Assembly: GCA_016125355.1 (NCBI GenBank)
Contig: WGLX01000006.1
Location: 37,884 to 101,883, forward strand
Direction: 5' to 3'
Length of the DNA stretch: 64,000 nt
Source of the DNA: Actinomycetales bacterium
GTDB lineage: Bacteria > Actinomycetota > Actinomycetes > S36-B12
Part shown: piece by piece, positions 9,714 through 18,367 of the stretch
Layout: each line of letters opens with the position of its first letter
How positions within the stretch are numbered: position 1 is the first letter of the stretch
Notes under the pieces: generated by a model
Database searches by the model: none
Seen by the model: only the letters and a program-made list of their open reading frames with translations
Told to the model about the DNA's origin: nothing
Made by a program: the position numbers and the translations under genes

Positions 9714-10058
9714 CTACCCGGGGGGCCAGGCGAGCGCCCGCCCGCCGAGGACGTGGAAGTGGACGTGCGGCACCGACTGGCCCGCGAGTTCTCCCGTGTT
9801 GGTCACGATGCGGTAGCCCCCCTCGGCGACGCCGTCCCGCTCGGCCAGGGAGCCCGCCACGTCCAGGAGCCGGCCGACGAGGGCGGCATCCTCCTGCGCG
9901 AGCGCATGGGCGTTCACGTGGTGGGCACGCGGGATGACGAGGATGTGCGTGGGCGCCTGCGGGGCGATATCGCGGAACGCCACCACGGCGTCGTCGCTGA
10001 AGACGATGTCCGCGGGGATGTCGCCGGCGGCGATGGCGCAGAACAGGCAGTCGCTCAT
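9714..10058 (-). CDS. HIT (histidine triad) family protein
   Basis: HVHFHVLGG histidine triad and a CLFCAI N-terminal motif. Confidence 0.9.
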   Translation of the reverse strand: MSDCLFCAIAAGDIPADIVFSDDAVVAFRDIAPQAPTHILVIPRAHHVNAHALAQEDAALVGRLLDVAGSLAERDGVAEGGYRIVTNTGELAGQSVPHVHFHVLGGRALAWPPG

Positions 10059-10062
10059 GGGG

Positions 10063-10866
10063 TCATCCTTCCACCCCCTCCGGGCCAGCGGGCGGCGTGC
10101 GCGGCATCACCGGCGGCGCGGACCAGCGCGGGCTCCGTGCGAGCAGGACGGCGGCGGCCGCCATGCCCGCCGACGAGGTGCGCATGACCGAGGGCCCGAG
10201 GCGCACCCGCACGGCGCCGGCGGCCGTGAGGCGCTCGCGCTCGTCGTCGGAGAGGCCACCCTCGGGCCCGACCACGATGAGCACCTCGCCCGCCTCGGGG
10301 AGCGTGTGCCCGGCGATGGGTTCGTCGGCGGTCTCGTCGAGGAGAAGGGCCAGCGCTGACGCGCTCACGCGCCCGATCAGGTCTGCGGTGGTCGCGAGGT
10401 CCGCGACGTGGAGGAAACGCGTGCGACGGCTCTGCTTGCCGGCCGCGAGGGCGGCCTCCGCCCACTTGCGGTGGGCGCGCTCGCGCCGGTCGGGCCGCCA
10501 CTGGGTCACGCAGTGGGCAGCGGCCCACGGGACGATCTCGTCCACGCCCACCTCGGTGAGCAGCTCGACGGCCAGCTCACCGCGATCACCCTTGGGCAGC
10601 GCCTGGACGACCACCACAGCCGGCCGGGGGTCCGGCTCATGGACGACGCTGACGACGTCCGCATGGACCACGTCCTTGCCGGAGATACCGGTCACGGTAG
10701 CCAGCGCCGAGGCCCCAGAGCCGTCGACCAGGGTGATCGACTCCCCCGCCGCGATGCGCCGCACGGTGGCTGCATGACGCCCCTCCGGGCCGGACAGGGT
10801 GATCGCATCCGACGGCGCCGCTCCGGCAAGCGTGCCGGGCGGAACGAGGAAGACGGGTGGCGTCAC
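10063..10866 (-). CDS. rsmE: 16S rRNA (uracil1498-N3)-methyltransferase RsmE
   Basis: PUA-like N-terminus and [13 protein letters not shown]...[16 protein letters not shown] motifs. It follows dnaJ, as in conserved synteny. Confidence 0.8.
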   Translation of the reverse strand: MTPPVFLVPPGTLAGAAPSDAITLSGPEGRHAATVRRIAAGESITLVDGSGASALATVTGISGKDVVHADVVSVVHEPDPRPAVVVVQALPKGDRGELAVELLTEVGVDEIVPWAAAHCVTQWRPDRRERAHRKWAEAALAAGKQSRRTRFLHVADLATTADLIGRVSASALALLLDETADEPIAGHTLPEAGEVLIVVGPEGGLSDDERERLTAAGAVRVRLGPSVMRTSSAGMAAAAVLLARSPRWSAPPVMPRTPPAGPEGVEG

Positions 10867-11996
10867 TTGGAGCTGAACGCGTCCTTCAGCCGCGAGAACA
10901 GGCCGCCATGGGGAGCGGCGGCGCTGCCGACCTGGACGGTCGTCTCGTCGCGCAGTTCCGCGAGCTGCCGCAAGAGCTCCTCCTGCTGGGGATCTAGCCG
11001 CGTGGGCGTCTGCACCTGCAGGTGGACGTGCAGGTCACCGCGTCCGCCGGAGCGCAGCCGTGCTGCCCCCTTGCCGCGTACGAGGAGCGACTCCCCGCTC
11101 TGCGTTCCGGCCTTGATGTCGACGTCGAGGGGGCCGTCGAGGGTGTCGAGGCTCATCGTGGTGCCGAGCGCTGCAGCCGTCATGGGCACCGTCACCACGC
11201 AGTGCAGCTCGTCGCCGTGGCGCTCGAACAGCTCGTGCGGGGTGACGACGACCTCGACGAACAGGTCACCGGCGGGGCCGCCGTTCGGCCCGACCTCGCC
11301 CTCGCCGGACAGTTGGATGCGGGTGCCGGTGTCGACACCGGGCGGGACCTGGACGGTGAGGGTGCGGCGCGTGCGCACGCGCCCGTCGCCGGAGCACTCC
11401 GGGCAGGGATGCGGGATGGTGGTGCCGAAGCCCTGGCAGTTCGGGCACGGCCGCGAGGTCATCACCTGGCCGAGGAACGACCGCTGCACCTGCTGGATCT
11501 CACCGCGGCCCTTGCACATGGGGCAGGTCTCGGTGGTGGTGCCGGGAGCGGTGCCGGCGGAGTCGCACGAGCCGCAGCGGACCGCGGTGTCGACCGTGAG
11601 GTCGCGGGTGGTGCCGAACACGGCATCGGCCAAGGTCACCTGGATGCGGATCAGCGCGTCCTGGCCGCGGCGCGAGCGCATGCGCGGGCCCCGGGAGGCC
11701 CCGCCGCCGAAGAAGGCGTCCATGATGTCGCCGAAGTCGAAGGTGGCACCGAACCCGCCCGCGCCGGCGCCGCCGCGCGGCCCCAGCGGGTCACCGCCGA
11801 GGTCGTACATCTGCCGCTTCTCCGGATCGCTCAGCACCTCGTAGGCAGCCGTGACGAGCTTGAACTTCTCCTGGTGCTCCGGGTCGGGGTTGACGTCCGG
11901 GTGCAGCTCACGGGCGAGACGGCGGTAGGCCTTCTTGATCTCGTCGGGGCTGGCGTCCCGGGACACGCCCAGCAGGGCGTAGTAGTCGGTGCTCAC
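10863..11996 (-). CDS. dnaJ: Molecular chaperone DnaJ
   Basis: J-domain DYYALLGV...[14 protein letters not shown], a G-rich linker and four CxxCxGxG zinc-finger repeats. Confidence 0.95.
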   Translation of the reverse strand: MSTDYYALLGVSRDASPDEIKKAYRRLARELHPDVNPDPEHQEKFKLVTAAYEVLSDPEKRQMYDLGGDPLGPRGGAGAGGFGATFDFGDIMDAFFGGGASRGPRMRSRRGQDALIRIQVTLADAVFGTTRDLTVDTAVRCGSCDSAGTAPGTTTETCPMCKGRGEIQQVQRSFLGQVMTSRPCPNCQGFGTTIPHPCPECSGDGRVRTRRTLTVQVPPGVDTGTRIQLSGEGEVGPNGGPAGDLFVEVVVTPHELFERHGDELHCVVTVPMTAAALGTTMSLDTLDGPLDVDIKAGTQSGESLLVRGKGAARLRSGGRGDLHVHLQVQTPTRLDPQQEELLRQLAELRDETTVQVGSAAAPHGGLFSRLKDAFSSK

Positions 11997-12005
11997 AGGG
12001 CCTTC

Positions 12006-13025
12006 CTACTGCTCGTCCAGGATGCGGCTGACATAGCGGGCCACCGCCTGCACGGCGGCGATGTTGCCGGGGTAGTCCATGTGCGTCGGACCCACCACCC
12101 CGAGGGACGCGACCGGCTGGTCGCCCCGACCGTACGTGGCCGTGACGACGGACGTCGCAGCGAGCCCCTCGAACGGGTTCTCGTGCCCGATCCGGACCGT
12201 GACCGCGGCGGGGTTCGTGGACTCGCCCAGCAGGCGCAGCAGCACCACCTGCTCCTCGAGGGCCTCGAGGACGGGCTGGATGGCGATGGGGAAGGCCTCC
12301 CCGTAGCGGGCCAGGTGCGCGGTGCCGCCCAGGACGACGCGCTCGTCGGTCCGCTCGCGGGCGCACTCGAGGACGGCCGTGACGATGGCCGAGACGGTCG
12401 GCCGGTCGACGGGCTCGAACGCGGTGTCGAACTCCTCGACGGCATCGGGCACGGAGGCGAACGGCTGGCCGGACAGGGACGCGACGAGTCGGGCGCGCAC
12501 GTCGGCGAGCAGCTGCTCGTTCACGGGCTCGGTGAACTCGATGACGCGCTGCTCGACCCGACCCGTGTCGACGATAATGATGAGGATCAGTCGCGAGGGG
12601 GTCAGGGCGACGAGGTCGATGTGACGGATGCTGCTGCGCGTGAGCGACGGGTACTGCACGAGCGCCACCTGGCGGGTGATCTGCGCCAGCAGGCGGACGG
12701 TGCGCGACATGACATCGTCGAGGTCGACCGCCTCGTCGAGGAAGCGGTGGATGGCACGCCGCTCGGGCGGGCTCAGGGGCTTGACCGTCGAGAGCCGGTC
12801 GACGAACAGGCGGTAGCCGAGGTCGGTGGGGACGCGACCTGCGCTGGTATGCGGCTGGGCGATGAACCCCTCCTCCTCCAGCGCGGCCATGTCGTTGCGG
12901 ATGGTCGCCGGGGAGACCCCGAGGTTGTGCCGCTCCACGAGGGCCTTCGATCCGACCGGCTCGTGGGTGGACACGTAGTCCTCGACGATGGCGCGCAGGA
13001 CGGCGAGCCGACGCTCCTCGAGCAT
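12006..13025 (-). CDS. hrcA: Heat-inducible transcription repressor HrcA
   Basis: [18 protein letters not shown]...EPVGSKALV...[19 protein letters not shown] trimmed the start to the ATG at 13025. A CIRCE operator lies 31 bp upstream. Confidence 0.9.
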   Translation of the reverse strand: MLEERRLAVLRAIVEDYVSTHEPVGSKALVERHNLGVSPATIRNDMAALEEEGFIAQPHTSAGRVPTDLGYRLFVDRLSTVKPLSPPERRAIHRFLDEAVDLDDVMSRTVRLLAQITRQVALVQYPSLTRSSIRHIDLVALTPSRLILIIIVDTGRVEQRVIEFTEPVNEQLLADVRARLVASLSGQPFASVPDAVEEFDTAFEPVDRPTVSAIVTAVLECARERTDERVVLGGTAHLARYGEAFPIAIQPVLEALEEQVVLLRLLGESTNPAAVTVRIGHENPFEGLAATSVVTATYGRGDQPVASLGVVGPTHMDYPGNIAAVQAVARYVSRILDEQ

Positions 13026-13055
13026 GGCACCTCCCGACGGCCGCCGCTCGCGGCC

Positions 13056-13082
13056 TTGGCACTCGTCACCTGTGAGTGCCAA
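13056..13082 (-). promoter_or_regulatory. CIRCE operator (HrcA binding site)
   Basis: TTGGCACTC-N9-GAGTGCCAA is a perfect inverted repeat that matches the CIRCE consensus TTAGCACTC-N9-GAGTGCTAA at 16 of 18 positions. It lies immediately upstream of hrcA. Confidence 0.85.
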
Positions 13083-13110
13083 GTGTACCGCTCGACCGGC
13101 CCTGCGCCCC

Positions 13111-14223
13111 TCAGGCGACGAGTCTGCGCACGACCGCATCCGCCAGCAGGCGTCCCTGGCGGGTGAGGACCAGTCGATCCGCAGCGGCCTCGGCGCGGAC
13201 GAGGAGCCCCGATTCGATCTCCGGCTCCGCCCGCTCAGGCACCGGGAGGGCCGCGAGGGGGAGCCCTTCCGCCAGCCGCAGACCGAGCATCACGCGCTCG
13301 ACGATGCGCTCGTCCGGGCCGAGAACCTCGCGATCCTGCTCGGGCGAGGCGTCGGCGCCGAGCCGCTCGGCGTAGGTACGCGGATGCTTGACGTTCCACC
13401 ACCGCACGCCGTCGACGTGGCTGTGCGCACCGGGCCCGACCCCCCACCAGTCGTCGCTGTGCCAGTAGGCCAGGTTGTGCCGGCACTCCCCTCCGGGACG
13501 GCTCCAGTTCGAGACCTCGTACCAGGTGAAGCCGGCGCCGGTCAGCAGGTCGTCGACGAGCAGGTAGCGGTCGGCCATGACCTCGTCATCGGGGGCGGCG
13601 ATCTCCCCCCTGCGCACCCGCCTCGCCAAGGGCGTGCCCTCCTCGACGATCAGTGCGTAGGCGGAGACATGGTCGACGTCGGCCTCGAGGACGTCGGTCA
13701 CCGATCGGCGCAGGTCGTCGTCGGACTCCCCCGGCGTGCCGTAGATGAGGTCGAGGTTGACGTGCTCGAAGCCGACGCGGCGTGCCGCGCGCGCGGCCGC
13801 CACGCTCGCGCCCGGCGTGTGCGTGCGGTCGAGGACGGCCAGCACGCCCGGGGCGCTGCTCTGCATGCCGAAGGAGATGCGCGTGAAGCCCCCCGCGCGC
13901 AGATCCGCGAGCCTGCGCTCGTCCACGCTGTCGGGGTTCGCCTCCGTGGTCACCTCGGCGTCGGGGGCCAGCTCGAACGCGCCGCGGATCGCGTCCAGGA
14001 TGCGGGTCAGCCCGTCGGCCCCGAGCAGTGTCGGGGTGCCACCGCCCACGAAGACGGTGTCGACCGTGCGGGCGCCGACGGACGCAGCCGCCATGCCGAC
14101 CTCGGCGGCGAGGACGTCGGCGAAGCCATCCCGGCGGACGGAGTCTCCCAACTCGGCGGCGGTGTACGTGTTGAAGTCGCAGTAGCCGCACCGGCTCGAG
14201 CAGAACGGCACATGCACGTACAC
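13111..14223 (-). CDS. hemW: Radical SAM heme chaperone HemW (HemN-like, oxygen-independent coproporphyrinogen oxidase family)
   Basis: [17 protein letters not shown] radical-SAM cluster motif. A conservative GTG start at 14223 is given here. The ORF stays open through repeat copy C to a GTG at 14337, so the true start is uncertain. Confidence 0.8.
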   Translation of the reverse strand: MYVHVPFCSSRCGYCDFNTYTAAELGDSVRRDGFADVLAAEVGMAAASVGARTVDTVFVGGGTPTLLGADGLTRILDAIRGAFELAPDAEVTTEANPDSVDERRLADLRAGGFTRISFGMQSSAPGVLAVLDRTHTPGASVAAARAARRVGFEHVNLDLIYGTPGESDDDLRRSVTDVLEADVDHVSAYALIVEEGTPLARRVRRGEIAAPDDEVMADRYLLVDDLLTGAGFTWYEVSNWSRPGGECRHNLAYWHSDDWWGVGPGAHSHVDGVRWWNVKHPRTYAERLGADASPEQDREVLGPDERIVERVMLGLRLAEGLPLAALPVPERAEPEIESGLLVRAEAAADRLVLTRQGRLLADAVVRRLVA

Positions 14224-14229
14224 CCCCAG

Positions 14230-14321
14230 ACGAGTTGAACCGCTTCCCGGCTCAATTCCGCGGAATTGAGCCGGTATCGGGGAATTTCTGCCGATTTGGA
14301 CCGGGAAGCGGTTCAACTCGT
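14230..14321. repeat. 92-bp MITE/REP-like element, copy C
   Basis: Perfect 21-bp termini at 14230-14250 and 14301-14321, with an internal hairpin CCGGCTCAATTCCGCGGAATTGAGCCGG. It lies between the lepA stop and the conserved hemW core. Confidence 0.85.
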
Positions 14322-14333
14322 CGGGGGTGGGGG

Positions 14334-16169
14334 TCACTTCTTCTGGGGGGCGTCGGTGGTGGAGAGCGCGGCGATGAAGGCCTCCTGGGGGACCTCGACC
14401 CGCCCGACCATCTTCATCCGCTTCTTGCCCTCCTTCTGCTTCTCCAGCAGCTTGCGCTTGCGGGTGATGTCACCGCCATAACACTTGGCGAGCACGTCCT
14501 TGCGGATGGCGCGGATGTTCTCGCGGGCGATCACGCGGGAGCCGATGGCCGCCTGGATAGGCACCTCGAACTGCTGCCTCGGGATCAGCTCCTTCAGCTT
14601 CCCGGCCATCGTCACGCCGTAGGAGTACGCCTTGTCGCGATGCACGATCGCGCTGAACGCGTCGACGGTCTCGCCATGGAGCAGGATGTCCACCTTGACG
14701 AGATCCGACTCCTGCTCCCCCGACAGCTCGTAGTCGAGCGACGCGTACCCGCGCGTGCGCGACTTCAACTGGTCGAAGAAGTCGAAGACGATCTCCGCGA
14801 GCGGCAGCGTGTAGCGCATCTCGACCCGGTCCTCGGACAGGTAGTCCATGCCGAGGAGCGTCCCGCGTCGCTGCTGGCACAGCTCCATCACCGTGCCGAC
14901 GAAGTCGCTCGGCAGGATGATCGTGGACCGCACGACCGGCTCGAAGATCCGGGCGACCTTCGCGGTCGGGAACTCGCTCGGGTTCGTGACGGTGACCTCC
15001 GTGCCGTCGTCCAGGTCTACCCGGTAGATGACGTTCGGGGCGGTCGAGATCAGGTCGAGGCCGGCCTCCCGCTCCAGCCGCTCACGCACGATCTCCATGT
15101 GCAGCAGCCCGAGGAAGCCGCAGCGGAAGCCGAAGCCGAGGGCTGCCGACGTCTCGGGCTCGTAGACCAACGCCGCATCGTTCAGCTTGAGCTTGTCGAG
15201 GGCGTCGCGCAGCTCCGGATAGTCCGAACCGTCGATCGGGTACAGGCCCGAGAACACCATGGGCTTGGGATCTCGGTACCCGGCGAGCGGCTGGGTAGCC
15301 CCCTTGCGCTCCGACGTGATCGTGTCGCCGACGCGCGACTGGCGCACGTCCTTCACGCCGGTGATGAGGTAGCCCACCTCGCCCACGCCGAGGCCGGCTG
15401 CGGCCATCGGCTCTGGGGAGATCACCCCCACCTCGAGCAGCTCATGGATGGCCCCGGTGGACATCATCTGGATCCGCTCACGGGTCGAGATGTGGCCGTC
15501 CACGACCCGGACGTAGGTGACGACGCCCCGGTAGGTGTCGTAGACGGAGTCGAAGATCATGGCCCGAGCGGGTGCGTCCGCGTTGCCTTCCGGGGCCGGG
15601 ATCTCGTGGACGATCGCCTCCAGCAGCTCCGGGACGCCCACGCCGGTCTTGGCCGAGACGAGCAGCACGTCCTCCGCCGGGCAGCCGATGATGTGGGCGA
15701 GCTCCGCGGCGTACTTCTCCGGCTGGGCGGCAGGGAGGTCGATCTTGTTCAGCACCGGGATGATCGTGAGGTCGTTCTCGAGCGCGAGGTAGAGGTTCGC
15801 GAGGGTCTGCGCCTCGATCCCCTGAGCCGCGTCGACGAGGAGGATCGCCCCTTCGCACGCGGCGAGCGAGCGCGAGACCTCGTAGGTGAAGTCGACGTGC
15901 CCGGGGGTGTCGATCATGTTCAGCACGTAGTCGTTGCCGTCCTGCCCGGTGTAGGGAAGGCGTACGGCCTGCGACTTGATGGTGATCCCCCGCTCGCGCT
16001 CGATGTCCATGCGGTCGAGGTACTGGGCGCGCATGGTGCGGGCATCGACCACGCCGGTCTGCTGCAGCATCCGGTCCGCCAGCGTCGACTTGCCGTGGTC
16101 GATGTGGGCGATGATGCAGAAGTTCCTGATGACCGACGGGTCGGTGCTGCCGGGCTTCGGGACGGGCAC
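14334..16169 (-). CDS. lepA: Translation elongation factor 4 (LepA)
   Basis: [28 protein letters not shown] and NKID GTPase motifs, with a C-terminus typical of LepA. I trimmed the start to the GTG at 16169, which is preceded by AGGAG. That gives 611 aa rather than the 747 aa of the raw ORF. Confidence 0.9.
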   Translation of the reverse strand: MPVPKPGSTDPSVIRNFCIIAHIDHGKSTLADRMLQQTGVVDARTMRAQYLDRMDIERERGITIKSQAVRLPYTGQDGNDYVLNMIDTPGHVDFTYEVSRSLAACEGAILLVDAAQGIEAQTLANLYLALENDLTIIPVLNKIDLPAAQPEKYAAELAHIIGCPAEDVLLVSAKTGVGVPELLEAIVHEIPAPEGNADAPARAMIFDSVYDTYRGVVTYVRVVDGHISTRERIQMMSTGAIHELLEVGVISPEPMAAAGLGVGEVGYLITGVKDVRQSRVGDTITSERKGATQPLAGYRDPKPMVFSGLYPIDGSDYPELRDALDKLKLNDAALVYEPETSAALGFGFRCGFLGLLHMEIVRERLEREAGLDLISTAPNVIYRVDLDDGTEVTVTNPSEFPTAKVARIFEPVVRSTIILPSDFVGTVMELCQQRRGTLLGMDYLSEDRVEMRYTLPLAEIVFDFFDQLKSRTRGYASLDYELSGEQESDLVKVDILLHGETVDAFSAIVHRDKAYSYGVTMAGKLKELIPRQQFEVPIQAAIGSRVIARENIRAIRKDVLAKCYGGDITRKRKLLEKQKEGKKRMKMVGRVEVPQEAFIAALSTTDAPQKK

Positions 16170-16335
16170 GGGGCTCCTCGGGATCAAGCAGGTGACCGGG
16201 GACGGAACGGGTCTCCGGGGGCGATTTGGGCCAGAGACCAGCCTACGGGTACTCTTGGGGGTCGCTTCACCACGTGCGGGTCCCGCACGCAGCACGATCC
16301 GTACACCCAGTTCCTCGACCAAGGAAGACAGCCCC

Positions 16336-16596
16336 GTGGCGAACATCAAGTCGCAGATCAAGCGCAACCGCACGAATGAGAAGGCGCGCCTGCGCAACAA
16401 GTCGGTCAAGTCGTCCCTCAAGACGGCCGTCCGGCGGTTCCACGAGGCCGCCGACGCCGGTGAGGCCGCGCAGGCCCAGGAGCTCGCCCGCGAGGCCACC
16501 AAGGCCCTCGACAAGGCTGCGAGCAAGGGCGTTATCCACGCGAACCAGGCGGCCAACCGCAAGTCGGCCATCGCCAAGAAGGCTGCGGCTCTCTAG
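16336..16596 (+). CDS. rpsT: 30S ribosomal protein S20
   Basis: [23 protein letters not shown]...; the GTG start is preceded by AAGGAAG. It lies inside the longer ORF 15976-16596. Confidence 0.9.
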   Translation: MANIKSQIKRNRTNEKARLRNKSVKSSLKTAVRRFHEAADAGEAAQAQELAREATKALDKAASKGVIHANQAANRKSAIAKKAAAL

Positions 16597-16612
16597 CCTC
16601 ACGAAACTCACG

Positions 16613-16640
16613 AAAGGGCGCCCCGATCGGGGCGCCCTTT
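16613..16640. terminator. Putative intrinsic terminator, bidirectional, between rpsT and holA
   Basis: AAAGGGCGCCCCGATCGGGGCGCCCTTT is a perfect GC-rich palindrome, flanked by an A-run and a T-run and followed by CGCTTTGTG. Confidence 0.7.
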
Positions 16641-16662
16641 CGCTTTGTGCGGGGGACCGCGG

Positions 16663-17667
16663 TCAGCTCGCCGCAGGCGTTCCCGCGGTGCGCGCAACGA
16701 GCAGTTCGAGAGCGAGGAGTTTCTGGCCGGGATCGAGGCTGGATCCCTCCCGGACGCCGCCCTTCATGGCACCGTCCGCATCGGCGAGGGACACCACGGC
16801 GGCCGCCAGGCGCCGCTGGTCCCCACTCCAGCGCGCCCACTGACGGCGCAGCTGGGCGACCTTCCACGGGGGGACGCCGGCCTCCCTCGCCACGTCGGAC
16901 TCGGAGGCGCCCGGAGGCATGCCCCCGACGCGTACCAACGTGCGCAAGCCGGACGCCAGGGAGGCGATGGTGGCCGGTCCCACCCGACCGGAGTCGGTGG
17001 CGAGCATGGCCTGCCGCAACGCACGTACAGCGTCGACGTACTGGCGTTGCCACACCGCGTCCGAGATGACGAAGCCGGACACGTCCGCGACCCCGGCGAA
17101 GTACGCACGGACCTCGTCCGCGGTGATCGGATTGGCCTCGACATCACTGGAGAGCTGCGACACCGCACTCACGAGCAGCCCGAGATCGTGGCCTACCGCG
17201 TCGTACAGGGCCGCGACCGCATCCGGGGTGACCTTGCGGCGGTGCCGGCTGAACTCCTTCATCAGGAAGTCGGTCGTGGCCTTGCCCTTCTTGATCGTCT
17301 GGCAGTCGACCACGTCCGCACCGGCCTGCTTCACGGCGTCGACGAGGGCCTTGCCCTTGACCCCTCCGGGGTGGGTCAGCACGAGGTAGACGCCCTCGGG
17401 GAGATCCCCGCAGGCCTCGCGGATCGCGCGCGCGGTGGACTCCTCGGCACCGTCGATGCCTTGGACGATGACGATGCCGCCATCACCGAAGAGGTTGGGG
17501 GCCACGGCCTCGCGAAGCTCCATCGCCGCAGACTCGCTCGCGGCGTCGATGACGGCTCGCTGGGCGCCCGGGTCCGCTCGCCGGATCTCGGCGGTCAGGC
17601 TGCGCACGGCGCGGTCCACCAGGACGGTCTCCGCCCCCATGGCGAGGGTGACGCGGGCGATGGTCAT
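16663..17667 (-). CDS. holA: DNA polymerase III subunit delta
   Basis: Size, position between rpsT and comEC, and an N-terminus ...APNLFGDGGIVIVQG... typical of HolA. Confidence 0.8.
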   Translation of the reverse strand: MTIARVTLAMGAETVLVDRAVRSLTAEIRRADPGAQRAVIDAASESAAMELREAVAPNLFGDGGIVIVQGIDGAEESTARAIREACGDLPEGVYLVLTHPGGVKGKALVDAVKQAGADVVDCQTIKKGKATTDFLMKEFSRHRRKVTPDAVAALYDAVGHDLGLLVSAVSQLSSDVEANPITADEVRAYFAGVADVSGFVISDAVWQRQYVDAVRALRQAMLATDSGRVGPATIASLASGLRTLVRVGGMPPGASESDVAREAGVPPWKVAQLRRQWARWSGDQRRLAAAVVSLADADGAMKGGVREGSSLDPGQKLLALELLVARTAGTPAAS

Positions 17668-17730
17668 GGTGACGGCAGCATGCCATCACCCACCGACCGC
17701 GTCACCCTCACCCCGTGGCCGGCCGCGCTC

Positions 17731-18288
17731 TCATTCGGCAGCGGGCTGCTCGGGCCCATCTGCCAGGAGGAGGTACAGGGCGCGGCGAGCATCGCCGAGG
17801 ACGGCTGCGGCCTGCTCCACCTGAGCCGGAGAGCCGGTGATCACCACCTGGCGGGCGGCTGACCCGATCTGCATGACGAGTTCCCGCAGGTCCGGACCGG
17901 TCTCGGCGTCGCCGTCGAACGGGTCCGGCCAGGAGTCGCGATTGTCACGAACGTGCTCGCGACCGGCATCGGTGAGCGCGATGACCTTGCGGCCGGAATC
18001 GGCGTGCGCCACCACCAGGCCCTCGTCCTCGAGGAGGTTGATGGCCGGGTAGATCGCGCCGGGGCTCGGGGTCCACCGACCGCCGGTGCGTTCGGCGATG
18101 GCCTGCATGAGCTGGTAGCCGTGCATCGGCTCCTCATCGAGGAGCAGAAGGATGGCGACCCGCACGTCGCCTCGCGCCATGCGGCCGCGGCGACGACGGC
18201 CGGGGCCACCGTGGCGGCGGCCCGGACCGAAGGGATGGTGCTGGTGACGAGCGAAGTGCCGCTCGTCGGGGGGAGATGCGAACTTCAT
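17731..18288 (-). CDS. PadR-family transcriptional regulator
   Basis: Winged-helix ILLLLDEEPMHGYQLMQAI...WTPSPGAIYPAINLLEDEGLV. The ATG at 18288 is preceded by AAAGGA. Confidence 0.85.
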   Translation of the reverse strand: MKFASPPDERHFARHQHHPFGPGRRHGGPGRRRRGRMARGDVRVAILLLLDEEPMHGYQLMQAIAERTGGRWTPSPGAIYPAINLLEDEGLVVAHADSGRKVIALTDAGREHVRDNRDSWPDPFDGDAETGPDLRELVMQIGSAARQVVITGSPAQVEQAAAVLGDARRALYLLLADGPEQPAAE

Positions 18289-18334
18289 GGTCTGTCCTTT
18301 CCGTGGCGCACCGCACATCGGTGCATTACGTTGT

Positions 18335-18352
18335 GTAACGATATATCGTTAC
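18335..18352. promoter_or_regulatory. 18-bp perfect palindrome, candidate PadR operator
   Basis: GTAACGATATATCGTTAC, AT-rich in an otherwise GC-rich context, lies 47 bp upstream of the padR start. Confidence 0.45.
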
Positions 18353-18367
18353 TGGCTTCGATGCAAA

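Noticed and set aside
11022-13166. 714-aa ORF on the plus strand
   Set aside because: It is an antisense shadow spanning dnaJ and hrcA, both of which are unambiguous on the minus strand.
14235-16379. 714-aa ORF on the plus strand
   Set aside because: It is an antisense shadow of lepA. Its N-terminus is merely the translated repeat element.
16170-16577. N-terminal extension of the lepA ORF (747 aa)
   Set aside because: The extension is antisense to rpsT. The canonical LepA N-terminus starts at GTG 16169, which has an AGGAG ribosome-binding site.
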